Virus record (IMG/VR): IMGVR_UViG_3300009495_000011
From: an uncultured virus (IMG/VR IMGVR_UViG_3300009495_000011)
Taxonomy: Duplodnaviria > Heunggongvirae > Uroviricota > Caudoviricetes
DNA length: 20,000 nucleotides
Direction: 5' to 3' (one strand)
How positions within the stretch are numbered: position 1 is the stretch's first letter; every line of letters starts with the position of its first letter. The notes beneath the pieces are model-generated. The model was not told the origin of the DNA, ran no database searches, and saw only the letters and a program-made list of their open reading frames with translations. Of this stretch, positions 10,301 to 17,744 are shown in pieces. The position numbers were made by a program, and so were the translations under genes.

Positions 10301-13253
10301 TCCTACACTCAATGCAGGTATTGAAGTTGAACGAGGTTCATTAACTAATGTATTAATACGCTGGAACGAATCGTCAGACAGATGGGAAGCAACAAATGAT
10401 GGCGCTGGATATTTTCCAATAGCAGAATCTACTGATGCGTTATCTGAAGGATCAACTAATGTATATTATACTCAAGGTAGATTTGATACGGCATTTGGTG
10501 CAAAAGATTCAGATGATCTAAGCGAAGGAATAACTAACTTCTACTATACTAACTCTAGGTTTGCAGCATCACTATCGAGTACTACAACAAACGCTTTAGC
10601 AGAAGGCACGTCAAACTTATACTTTACAGATGCTAGAGCAAGAGCAGCTATTAGTGTAACTGGCGACGGTACTTACAACAGCGGCACAGGTATTATCACA
10701 ATTGATTCGCCTGTAGACAGTGTTAACGGTTTAACTGGAGTAGTTACACTAACTTCAAATGAAATATCTGAAGGAAATAATAATAGATATTTTACAGAAG
10801 CAAGAGCAAGACTAAGTTTAGCAGGCAGCACAGGTGTTACATATGATAATGCTAGCGGACAAATCGCAATAGGTCAGCCAGTTGAAACAACTTCTAATGT
10901 ACAGTTTAATAATCTAACACTTACTGGCACACTAGATACTGACGGCAATGCAACTGTTGCTAAGGATCTTAATACAGTTAACTATGCACAAGATGCACAA
11001 CTAAAAGTTACAGGGGCAAATAATACTAATTTTGTACTTGGTATGGGTTACGAAACAAACGCAGACTTTGCATTTATTGAAGCAAAGGAATTGAGTCAAG
11101 GCGGACGTAACTTAGCAATTCAACCATTAGGAACTGATACGCAAGGTCGTGTTGCAATTGGTAAAACAACTGCACAAGCATTGCTCGATGTTAACGGTAC
11201 TGTTAAAGCACTAGCAGTTGATACAGCTTCGCTTAATGTTAACGAGTTAACAATTGGCGGAACTATTAACTTTAGAGATAACGTAATTAGTACAATAGAT
11301 AGTAATGCAGATATTGAACTAAGGCCACAAGGCACAGGCGATATTTACATTCCAAATGGAAAACTAGGTATCGGGTACGATCCTGTAATTTACGGAGCAA
11401 CTCCTAGACCTGCAACATATAAACTTGATGTTGATGGAGTTTCAGATCTTGTAGTTGCTAGAATTAAAAATACAGAATCAACAACTGACGCAGGTCCGTA
11501 CTTTAATGTGTACAGAGATTCTGCAAACCCTGCAGATAGTGACTTTATTGGTGGTATACAGCTAACTGGCAATGATAACTTAGGCAGCGAAACTGCATTT
11601 AGTAGAATAAGATCACAGATTTTAGACTTTACAGCATCAACCAAAGCGTCACGCACTATTTTTGAAAACTACAAAAACAACGTTTATGTAGAGCATTCGT
11701 TTGGTAACAATGAAGTTGTGTTCAACGAGACGGGCGCAGATGTTAACTTCCGAATTGAAGGCAACGGCGCACCTGATGCACTGTTTGTTAACGGCGCAGA
11801 CGGTAATGTTGGCTTTGGTACACAGAGTCCGGTGCAGCGTTTAGATATTAATGGCAACCTTGGTATCGGAAGTGTTGAAGTTATTACCGCAGCTAGAAGT
11901 TTAACAAACATTGTTGATTATGCTGCTACTGGACAACTACAGATCAACGGCTCGGCAACACTTGGCGACTTGACATATGCATCAAATCATGCTATGAACG
12001 GTAGTGTTACATTTAGTGATAATACAAGTTCTATGGTTATTGACGGTTCAGAGATGCGTTCACAAGGTGGCATTACAGTACGACTAGATACTGACGTTTC
12101 AAACGGTGCAAATGAATACTTTAAAGTTATTAATAACTCCGGAACAGAACTATACAGTGTTAACTCAAGTACAGGCGTTTCTAAATTTGCAAATGCATTT
12201 ACAATTCCAGCAACAGACGGATCAGCAAACCAAGCTCTTATTACTAATGGACTAGGAGCAGCTACTTGGCAAACTATTAGCTCAACTGTTGTTGCAGAAG
12301 GAACTAACTTATACTATACACAATCACGTTTTGACACTGCTTTTGGAAATAAATCAACTACAAACTTAGGCGAAGGTCTAAACTTGTACTACACTGATGC
12401 AAGAGTACAGACAAAACTTGCAAATGTTAGTGGATCAGTATTTCCTAACACTAATGCAACTTATGACGTGGGTTCACAGATTAACAATTTCCGTACTGGT
12501 TATTTCAGTTCCGGATTAGGCATTGGTTTAAACACTTCATTGTCTGCAGAACTGCATATTTCAGGCACAGCTGACCAAGAAGCAAGAGTCCAAAGTACGT
12601 CAAACGGAGATGCATTATTCCAAGGTATTGGTAGTGGCACCGGCAAAGGCGGCAGATTTAAAGGTAACCCAGATACTTATATTGGTGGATCTAACTCTGC
12701 TTCTGTATACTTTGAAAGCGGTCTATCAGAAGTAATGAGAATGAACAGTAGTCAATTCATCATCGGCGGCGGAGCATTTAGTCCTACAGCCAACCGTGTA
12801 ATGATTACAACTAGTGGCGATATGGAGTTTGGTACAAATACTACTGCACTTCGTGACGTAATTAGCTTTAAAAATGCCAACGGCACAATTGGTTCTGTTA
12901 CAACTGATGGATCAACTACAGCATACAACACAACTTCTGATTATAGATTAAAAGAAGTTGTAGGCGATATGTCTGATGCTGCTGATCGTGTAAAAGCTCT
13001 GAAACCAATTAAGTTTACATATATTGCAGATGAAAATGAAAATGTACACGACGGTTTCTTAGCACACCAAGTGCAAGAAGTTGTACCACAAGCAGTGTAC
13101 GGAGAAAAAGATGCAGTTGAAGATGATGGCAGAGTTAAAGCACAGCAGCTAGATCATAGTAAATTAGTACCTTTACTTACTGGCGCATTGCAAAATGCAC
13201 TTAACAAGATAGATGATCTCGAAGCTCGTCTAGCAAAGTTAGAAAACAAATAA
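7338..13253 (+). CDS. Long tail fibre protein with C-terminal Peptidase S74-type intramolecular chaperone (1971 aa)
   Basis: TAATG overlap with the previous gene. G/T/S/N-rich, with multiple fibre repeats (TDDLxEGxxNLYYTxxR). C-terminal YNTTSDYRLKE...GFLAHQVQEVVPQAV.GEKD...LDHSKLVPLLTGALQ plus terminal coiled coil is the S74 signature. Confidence 0.88.
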   Translation: MAYRINRTDGTLITEVIDGTIDSNSIDITLIGRNYAGFGEILNENFVKLLENFASSTSPRNPLQGQLWYDKNENRLKIYDGSTFRAGAGPIVSETQPTALVAGDIWMDSKENQMYFYDGTDLTLAGPIYSKSQNTSGFVTETIRDDQLQPVTITKIFTDGVMLGAYSPKNFVPLAGQIPELGDNLYTGFNASTAQTFTNNNVTVDTAKFLLDASGVRRDASQFLSTYTSGTINGRLTVASNNGVVLGAQGQVTHTMESDRYNITNTRSNQTMAISVSVDGIRENAITINTPNRSVGIFSSSPEYTLDVGGDARITGNLRVDGELTTISTTEVVVEDSNLTLGSGAISAGDVNGGGITLSGANASLTYDSSDSGYWRSNQDFDLPSGKKYSINKQMILSADTLGNSVVNSNLTNVGILEDLLISSVSGLYLQNSTIASSSPITIDTTSGVLLLGQAGVRTVQIKNMSEPTSSTDATTKNYVDLLVAANAGVNTVQGLGGTVRVDSNRLPEGTQGDAVFWNGAEWADAVYTNGLDGISADLNRKYYTNERVQSYLTANNYTTTTYVNTIRDNILGTPAPISSMNTLSEIAASIDNNPNFKAYVDAEVATRISAGVNVFAGAGLVDAGNTQLTGDVTINVAAGNGIIATANEVRVDMTVFDTDDLTEGTVNLYFTALRSRQSLTGANGVTYNNTTGTIAIGQDVAPTAIPTFGGLITTGNTTLGGSTTQINSTNLRYAGLTLLMNSDETAAPTQDINFTVERGSANNVGIRWNETNDQWEFSNNGITYTPLGSASVFTGTTDGVPEGVVNLYYTDARARAALSGSTGVTYNNTTGSIAIGQDVAQSASPQFVGLTTTGLALLENLDVNTAADIGDISISGNTITQVNTPGNIQIGATPGGFIDFFSPVQGTDIYSARFTTDALFIEGNKIRTAVSSSDLELDAFGGGSVRVLTGMIVEGDLTITGTTTTVNSTTVNIADNIITLNSNQTTLPTLNAGIEVERGSLTNVLIRWNESSDRWEATNDGAGYFPIAESTDALSEGSTNVYYTQGRFDTAFGAKDSDDLSEGITNFYYTNSRFAASLSSTTTNALAEGTSNLYFTDARARAAISVTGDGTYNSGTGIITIDSPVDSVNGLTGVVTLTSNEISEGNNNRYFTEARARLSLAGSTGVTYDNASGQIAIGQPVETTSNVQFNNLTLTGTLDTDGNATVAKDLNTVNYAQDAQLKVTGANNTNFVLGMGYETNADFAFIEAKELSQGGRNLAIQPLGTDTQGRVAIGKTTAQALLDVNGTVKALAVDTASLNVNELTIGGTINFRDNVISTIDSNADIELRPQGTGDIYIPNGKLGIGYDPVIYGATPRPATYKLDVDGVSDLVVARIKNTESTTDAGPYFNVYRDSANPADSDFIGGIQLTGNDNLGSETAFSRIRSQILDFTASTKASRTIFENYKNNVYVEHSFGNNEVVFNETGADVNFRIEGNGAPDALFVNGADGNVGFGTQSPVQRLDINGNLGIGSVEVITAARSLTNIVDYAATGQLQINGSATLGDLTYASNHAMNGSVTFSDNTSSMVIDGSEMRSQGGITVRLDTDVSNGANEYFKVINNSGTELYSVNSSTGVSKFANAFTIPATDGSANQALITNGLGAATWQTISSTVVAEGTNLYYTQSRFDTAFGNKSTTNLGEGLNLYYTDARVQTKLANVSGSVFPNTNATYDVGSQINNFRTGYFSSGLGIGLNTSLSAELHISGTADQEARVQSTSNGDALFQGIGSGTGKGGRFKGNPDTYIGGSNSASVYFESGLSEVMRMNSSQFIIGGGAFSPTANRVMITTSGDMEFGTNTTALRDVISFKNANGTIGSVTTDGSTTAYNTTSDYRLKEVVGDMSDAADRVKALKPIKFTYIADENENVHDGFLAHQVQEVVPQAVYGEKDAVEDDGRVKAQQLDHSKLVPLLTGALQNALNKIDDLEARLAKLENK
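9309..12420 (+). repeat. Intragenic protein repeats TDxLxEGxxNLY(Y/F)TxxR in the long tail fibre (8 clear copies)
   Basis: Copies start near 9309, 9726, 10428, 10506, 10584, 10752, 12279 and 12354. Three are spaced exactly 78 nt apart (10428/10506/10584). A degenerate copy lies near 8930. The exact 25-nt repeat CTATTGCAATTGGTCAAGATGTTGC occurs at 9418-9442 and 9835-9859. Confidence 0.85.
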
Positions 13254-13258
13254 ATACA
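13248..13258 (+). promoter_or_regulatory. Putative T4-like late promoter (TAAATA core) in AAATAAATACA
   Basis: TAAATA at 13251-13256 overlaps the stop codon of the long fibre gene, ahead of a short intergenic gap before ATG 13292. It is identical to 4601-4611. Confidence 0.6.
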
Positions 13259-13291
13259 TAGAAGAACAAAACATTTAGGGGTTCGAAAGAA

Positions 13292-14785
13292 ATGGCTTAT
13301 ACAATAAACAGTTTTACTGGTGTCAACAGCGACATCACTATTGAGGACGGCACAGTTAATCAATCAACAGCATTGAAGATGATTGGTAAAAACTATGCTG
13401 GTTACGGCGAGTTACAAAATGAAAATTTTTATCACTTGTTAGAAAACTTTGCAGGTACAGGAGAACCAGCACGTAAAGTGACTGGTATGATTTGGTACGA
13501 TGCAACAGAGAATAGAATTAGGTTCTACGATGGACAACGCTTCCGCCCAGCTTCTGGTGCTGAAGTATCTACACTCCAGCCAGAAGGCCAAACAGCAGGC
13601 GATTTTTGGTTAGATAGTGCAAACGATCAAGTGTTTGTATACACTGGTTCAGAATATATCCTTGTAGGTCCGCAGACTACATCACAAGGACAAGTAACAC
13701 AGCTAGAAACAGGCTTTGCTAAATCATCTTATGACGGATCCCTAAAACCTATTGTAAGAGCTTATGTAAACGGCGATGTTATTTTTACTGTTTCTCAAGA
13801 ATCGTTCCCCATTAATACAGCAGAAGCTGAAAACTTAGACCTTGCTAACTACACTGAAGTTAAATCAGGACTTACTCTAAGAAATACAAACTCAACAGGC
13901 TACACATCAGGACCAACAAGGTTCTGGGGTACTGCTAGTGCTGCTGAAAAACTTGTTGTTGACGGAACTGTATTTGACTCTTCAGAGTTTGTTCAGAAAA
14001 ATTCCCCAGAAATGCTTGCACAAACTAATATTCGTGCAGAAGGAGCAAGTGGTGGTTTAACAATTGGTTCGGCTGACACGTTTAAGCTATTTAATAACGG
14101 AAACATTGCAGTAGTTAATAACAACGGCGGAACAGATATTGCGTTCCAAGACAGTAGTTCAATACGTTTTAGAGTTAGTGCTAATACTTTTAGACCAGAA
14201 ACAGATAGTACAAGCGACTTAGGAACAAATACTATTAAATTTAGAACTGTGTATGCTGATACATTCGACGGTGTGGTTACACAATCACAGGAAGTTGAAT
14301 ATAATGGACAGGGAAGTGGCTTGTTTGCAAGAGCAACAGTAGCCGACAATCCGTTAACTATTCCGGTTAGAGATGCACAAGGTACAATTAATGCTACAAA
14401 ATTTGCAGGTGTTGCAACTGAAGCACAATACGCTGACTTGGCAGAGAAATATACAACAGCAGAAGAATTACCAGCAGGTACAGCAGTAGCAGTATGTGAT
14501 CATCCAGACCACGAAGTAGATCTAGCTGCTGCACAAGACTTTTGTGTAGGAGTAGTTTCAACTGATCCTGCATTTAAAATGAATAGCGAAGCAGATGGAC
14601 AATATATTGCACTTAAAGGGCGTGTTCCAGTAAGAGTAAAAGGTGCTGTGCGCAAAGGTCAAGCAGTTTATGCAATGACAGACGGCGTAAGTACTACTAC
14701 AGCAACAAATGCACTAGTAGGGATAGCACTAGAATCAAATAGTGACGAAGATGAAAAGCTAGTTGAATGTGTACTAAAGGTGTAA
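13292..14785 (+). CDS. Tail fibre/spike protein with C-terminal Peptidase G2-like (autocleaving chaperone) domain (497 aa)
   Basis: AGGGG RBS. Shared N-terminal anchor (IGKNYAGYGELQNENFYHLLENFA). The C-terminus YADLAEKY...VGVVSTDPAFKMN...IALKGRVPVRVKGAVRKGQ...VGIALE resembles the DxAE-type autoproteolytic chaperone. Confidence 0.72.
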   Translation: MAYTINSFTGVNSDITIEDGTVNQSTALKMIGKNYAGYGELQNENFYHLLENFAGTGEPARKVTGMIWYDATENRIRFYDGQRFRPASGAEVSTLQPEGQTAGDFWLDSANDQVFVYTGSEYILVGPQTTSQGQVTQLETGFAKSSYDGSLKPIVRAYVNGDVIFTVSQESFPINTAEAENLDLANYTEVKSGLTLRNTNSTGYTSGPTRFWGTASAAEKLVVDGTVFDSSEFVQKNSPEMLAQTNIRAEGASGGLTIGSADTFKLFNNGNIAVVNNNGGTDIAFQDSSSIRFRVSANTFRPETDSTSDLGTNTIKFRTVYADTFDGVVTQSQEVEYNGQGSGLFARATVADNPLTIPVRDAQGTINATKFAGVATEAQYADLAEKYTTAEELPAGTAVAVCDHPDHEVDLAAAQDFCVGVVSTDPAFKMNSEADGQYIALKGRVPVRVKGAVRKGQAVYAMTDGVSTTTATNALVGIALESNSDEDEKLVECVLKV

Positions 14786-14788
14786 ATT

Positions 14789-15787
14789 ATGGCGAGTATT
14801 ACGGCAGAAGCGTTTAATAGATTACGTACTCAGATATTAAATGTTGTTAACAATAATGATTTTAATAGCAATCCGGAATTAAATATTAACTTCGGTGGAT
14901 ACGGGCAGAATTATATAATTAATCCTGCTGCAAGAGGCGGAGTTATTGGCGCAACAGAACATAGGCAATTGTATAATGCTATTGTTGCTGCTCGTGTACA
15001 CCAAACTGGCGCATTGCCAACTACACTTTCTCAAATCGACCCAGCAGATATTGTCGGCGACGATGCAACATATCGATTAAATGAATTAGGAGATGTTGTT
15101 CTTGACGACGAACTTGCAGGATACGAAGATTTAGAATTAGAAATTACTAGAGCTAAAGTTGCGTTAAATAATGGACTTCATGCACTAGGGTCAAGAAATG
15201 AATACGATAAGTTAAGTACAACTAGGTCGGCAGTTTGGGGAAATTCTGCAACAACGGCAAGTATTGATTGCGAATTTAAAATTGATTTCGGTACACCGGC
15301 AGCAGCTAGACGTTTTTGGAATACAGGCGGCGAGCTTAGAATAACTGGTCAGCACATTGATACTTCTGATGCTAAAAATGTGCATTGGCGAGACATTATG
15401 TCTAACTTTAGTTATTATTTAAAAGCTCGTCAATCAGCTGGTACAGCTAGTCTTATTAACGAAGGATGGTCAGGGCTTACTAATTCTTACCAGCAAGTAG
15501 GTTATTGGGCCACAAATACAAACTCGTTATATGCAGAGAACTATATAACAATACAAGCAAAGTGTGACCAAGTTTTAAATAGTAACGGAAACTCGCAAAT
15601 AGTTTACTTAAAAGTAACATGTGTAGATGCAGATGTTGGAGACGGTCAGTCTTTTACTCCTCCTATTCCAGTAGACGAAACTGTGCAACCGGGAACAATT
15701 ATTAAACTTTCTGAGTATCGTGCTGATACTGAATACGTAACGGCACCTTCTCCGAGTATCACTTTTCTAAACGGCAACACGCTTTAA
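14789..15787 (+). CDS. Putative virion structural protein, paralog A (332 aa)
   Basis: Clean ORF starting 3 nt after the previous stop. Shares the motifs ITAxxxNxLRTxI, RVHQxG, RxFxxxGGEL and KVTCxD with the next gene. The function is inferred from position only. Confidence 0.6.
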   Translation: MASITAEAFNRLRTQILNVVNNNDFNSNPELNINFGGYGQNYIINPAARGGVIGATEHRQLYNAIVAARVHQTGALPTTLSQIDPADIVGDDATYRLNELGDVVLDDELAGYEDLELEITRAKVALNNGLHALGSRNEYDKLSTTRSAVWGNSATTASIDCEFKIDFGTPAAARRFWNTGGELRITGQHIDTSDAKNVHWRDIMSNFSYYLKARQSAGTASLINEGWSGLTNSYQQVGYWATNTNSLYAENYITIQAKCDQVLNSNGNSQIVYLKVTCVDADVGDGQSFTPPIPVDETVQPGTIIKLSEYRADTEYVTAPSPSITFLNGNTL

Positions 15788-15803
15788 TAGATAGGAGTTA
15801 TAT

Positions 15804-17339
15804 ATGGGAGAAGTAGTATCAGTCGGTGACGAGATTACCGCAGCACATTACAATGATTTACGAACTAGAATAATAGCTCTAGCAGGTACATACGGCGTCA
15901 GTACTACTATGATCAATACGTACCTAGGAGCCGAAGGATCATTTGATGCAGTAACAGCAGGCGAAACACTTAATAATGTTCATTTTGATAAAGCATTTGC
16001 AATCTATTATTGGTTAAGAGTTCATCAACTAGGCAGCGCTGATGTAGGACTTCCCACTAGCCAACCATCATTTACAGAATACAACGAAGGCGATGCTATT
16101 CTAGCAGGTGACGGATATGTATATGATGAAAATGGAGATATTTCAGGACCTAGAGATACTATTACCGGATATAATGACCTTCAACTTTCATTAGAAATTG
16201 CAGAAGGTATGGCAGGCGTACACGCCGCTAATCAATTTACTAATCCCGCTACCAGTGCCCAAGCTGGAGATGTTAGTCCAACTGACTGGGGCGGCGGATC
16301 AGACATTGAAGTTGACGAAGGCAAAACTGGCGATCAACAAGCAGGCGACAACGCTAGGGGTAGAATATCTAGAGAATTTTCTATTACATTTAGCTCGACT
16401 GCAAATAGAGATAGATTTTTTGATATGGGGGGAGAGTTAATCTTTTCTATTAGACTAACTAATAGTTCAGGAGTTCCGTATACTAGTCCTCGAACGCAAG
16501 CCAAGAGAAACTGGTGGTATAATCATTTAAATGTATCTAACCCTATAGATTTTCGAGTTGACCGTTCTATTTTTAATGTACTTGGAACTGATTATGCACA
16601 ATTTGTCTTAAAACTTGATTCAACCGATGCATTATATGAAATGAATCAGACTAAAGTAGAACTTAAACGTAATGCTGCTAATACAGTAATCACAGCAAAA
16701 GTAACGTGTTCGGATTATGATCGATCATTAAAAAATTGGCCAGACGATCCTCGAGATGAAAATGTAAACGCCGGAGTAGCTTCTTGGGTTTCTGTAAAAA
16801 CAATTACAGCTGGCACTAACCCTTTATTTAATACGGTTGGGGCTAATCCGTCAGTAACTAATGTAACTAATCCTACCTGGACAGTTTCAGAAATCACAGA
16901 CATCCCGCCGCTAGTATCTAGTCCTGCTATACCTACTATTGGGCCATTTAGTTCCGGAGACACTAACGGTACTGCTTGGACAAAAACATTTACTATACCT
17001 GCAGACAACTGGTCGGTAAAAGTTAGAGGTGTCGCATCAAAAGCCGGTGCTTCTAATTGGACATTCTTTGGATTGCTTAGAGGAAGTCCTGACATTGCAG
17101 GTACACTTCGAATACGTATTTTCCAAGGTTCAAACACTTCGGGAACGGTATTGTATAACAGTGGCATTCTTACTGGAAACAGTTCAGCAGCCGTTAATAT
17201 TAACTGGGAAGCAACATTGCTAAAAACTGGTGCAGCCGCTCAAGACTACACCGTTGAATTTACAAGCTATGTTAGTTCAGTAGACGCATCTACAAGCACT
17301 ACTGTTATAGTAGAACCAACCTTTGCTGGATTTGCTTAA
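15804..17339 (+). CDS. Putative virion structural protein, paralog B, with extra C-terminal beta domain (511 aa)
   Basis: AGGAG RBS. Collinear similarity to 14789-15787 over ~330 aa, then a P/T/S-rich linker (DIPPLVSSPAIPTIGP) and a ~130-aa beta-rich domain. Confidence 0.6.
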   Translation: MGEVVSVGDEITAAHYNDLRTRIIALAGTYGVSTTMINTYLGAEGSFDAVTAGETLNNVHFDKAFAIYYWLRVHQLGSADVGLPTSQPSFTEYNEGDAILAGDGYVYDENGDISGPRDTITGYNDLQLSLEIAEGMAGVHAANQFTNPATSAQAGDVSPTDWGGGSDIEVDEGKTGDQQAGDNARGRISREFSITFSSTANRDRFFDMGGELIFSIRLTNSSGVPYTSPRTQAKRNWWYNHLNVSNPIDFRVDRSIFNVLGTDYAQFVLKLDSTDALYEMNQTKVELKRNAANTVITAKVTCSDYDRSLKNWPDDPRDENVNAGVASWVSVKTITAGTNPLFNTVGANPSVTNVTNPTWTVSEITDIPPLVSSPAIPTIGPFSSGDTNGTAWTKTFTIPADNWSVKVRGVASKAGASNWTFFGLLRGSPDIAGTLRIRIFQGSNTSGTVLYNSGILTGNSSAAVNINWEATLLKTGAAAQDYTVEFTSYVSSVDASTSTTVIVEPTFAGFA

Positions 17340-17348
17340 AAATCGCTC

Positions 17349-17377
17349 TTGACAACTTTAACTTTATAGTGTAATAT
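17349..17377 (+). promoter_or_regulatory. Sigma70-like promoter: TTGACA-N17-TAATAT
   Basis: Perfect -35 TTGACA at 17349-17354, a 17-nt spacer, and -10-like TAATAT at 17372-17377, all in the largest intergenic gap (60 nt). RBS GGCGGAG at 17388-17394 precedes ATG 17400. Confidence 0.65.
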
Positions 17378-17388
17378 ATACTATAAAG
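17362..17388. repeat. Inverted repeat CTTTATAGT-N9-ACTATAAAG overlapping the promoter
   Basis: Perfect 9-bp arms at 17362-17370 and 17380-17388. The stem can extend inward by G-T, T-A and A-T pairs, leaving a 3-nt loop. Confidence 0.8.
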
Positions 17389-17399
17389 GCGGAGTCTAA

Positions 17400-17744
17400 A
17401 TGGATCAACGATTAAAGACAGTATTAGAAGATATACATCATATTGACACTATTAACAATCAAAAGCGGCTACTGAAAGAACAGTTTCAAGAAGCAATCAT
17501 TGTATTCTTCAATGGTGGAAAGTTTACTGCTAATAAAGAACTAATTGCATTTTTACAAACAGCATTTGAAAATGAAATTAGTGTTATTACAGATGACAAC
17601 GACATTCCTATAAAAATTACTAATATTATAGAATTTTTAAAATTAGTTACTGACACATACAAGTCTGCAACGGAGACATATTTTTTGCAGTATGAAGATG
17701 CAATTTTGAAATCTCGAAAGTTAGAGGATTTGCTATCTCTATGA
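17400..17744 (+). CDS. Hypothetical phage protein (114 aa), mostly helical; possibly a fibre-assembly accessory
   Basis: Good RBS and an ATGA overlap with the next gene. No recognised catalytic motif. Confidence 0.65.
   Translation: MDQRLKTVLEDIHHIDTINNQKRLLKEQFQEAIIVFFNGGKFTANKELIAFLQTAFENEISVITDDNDIPIKITNIIEFLKLVTDTYKSATETYFLQYEDAILKSRKLEDLLSL

Noticed and set aside
9309..10860. Repeats as a CRISPR array or diversity-generating retroelement template/variable repeats
   Set aside because: The repeats are in-frame, degenerate at the DNA level and irregularly spaced. No adenine-specific mismatch pair, cas gene or reverse transcriptase is seen in the window.
1132..14349. Numerous short minus-strand ORFs (for example 1132-1395, 4171-4569, 5868-6224, 9023-9406, 13993-14349)
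   Set aside because: All lie antisense to long, motif-bearing + strand genes and are typical shadow ORFs produced by codon bias. They have no recognisable motifs.
5402..17223. Short alternative-frame + strand ORFs (5402-5623, 7474-7710, 16198-16440, 17029-17223)
   Set aside because: They are nested out of frame within real genes, with no convincing RBS or protein-like features.
17362..17388. Hairpin as an intrinsic terminator
   Set aside because: The stem is AT-rich and has no following U-tract on the + strand. It was kept only as a possible operator or RNA structure.
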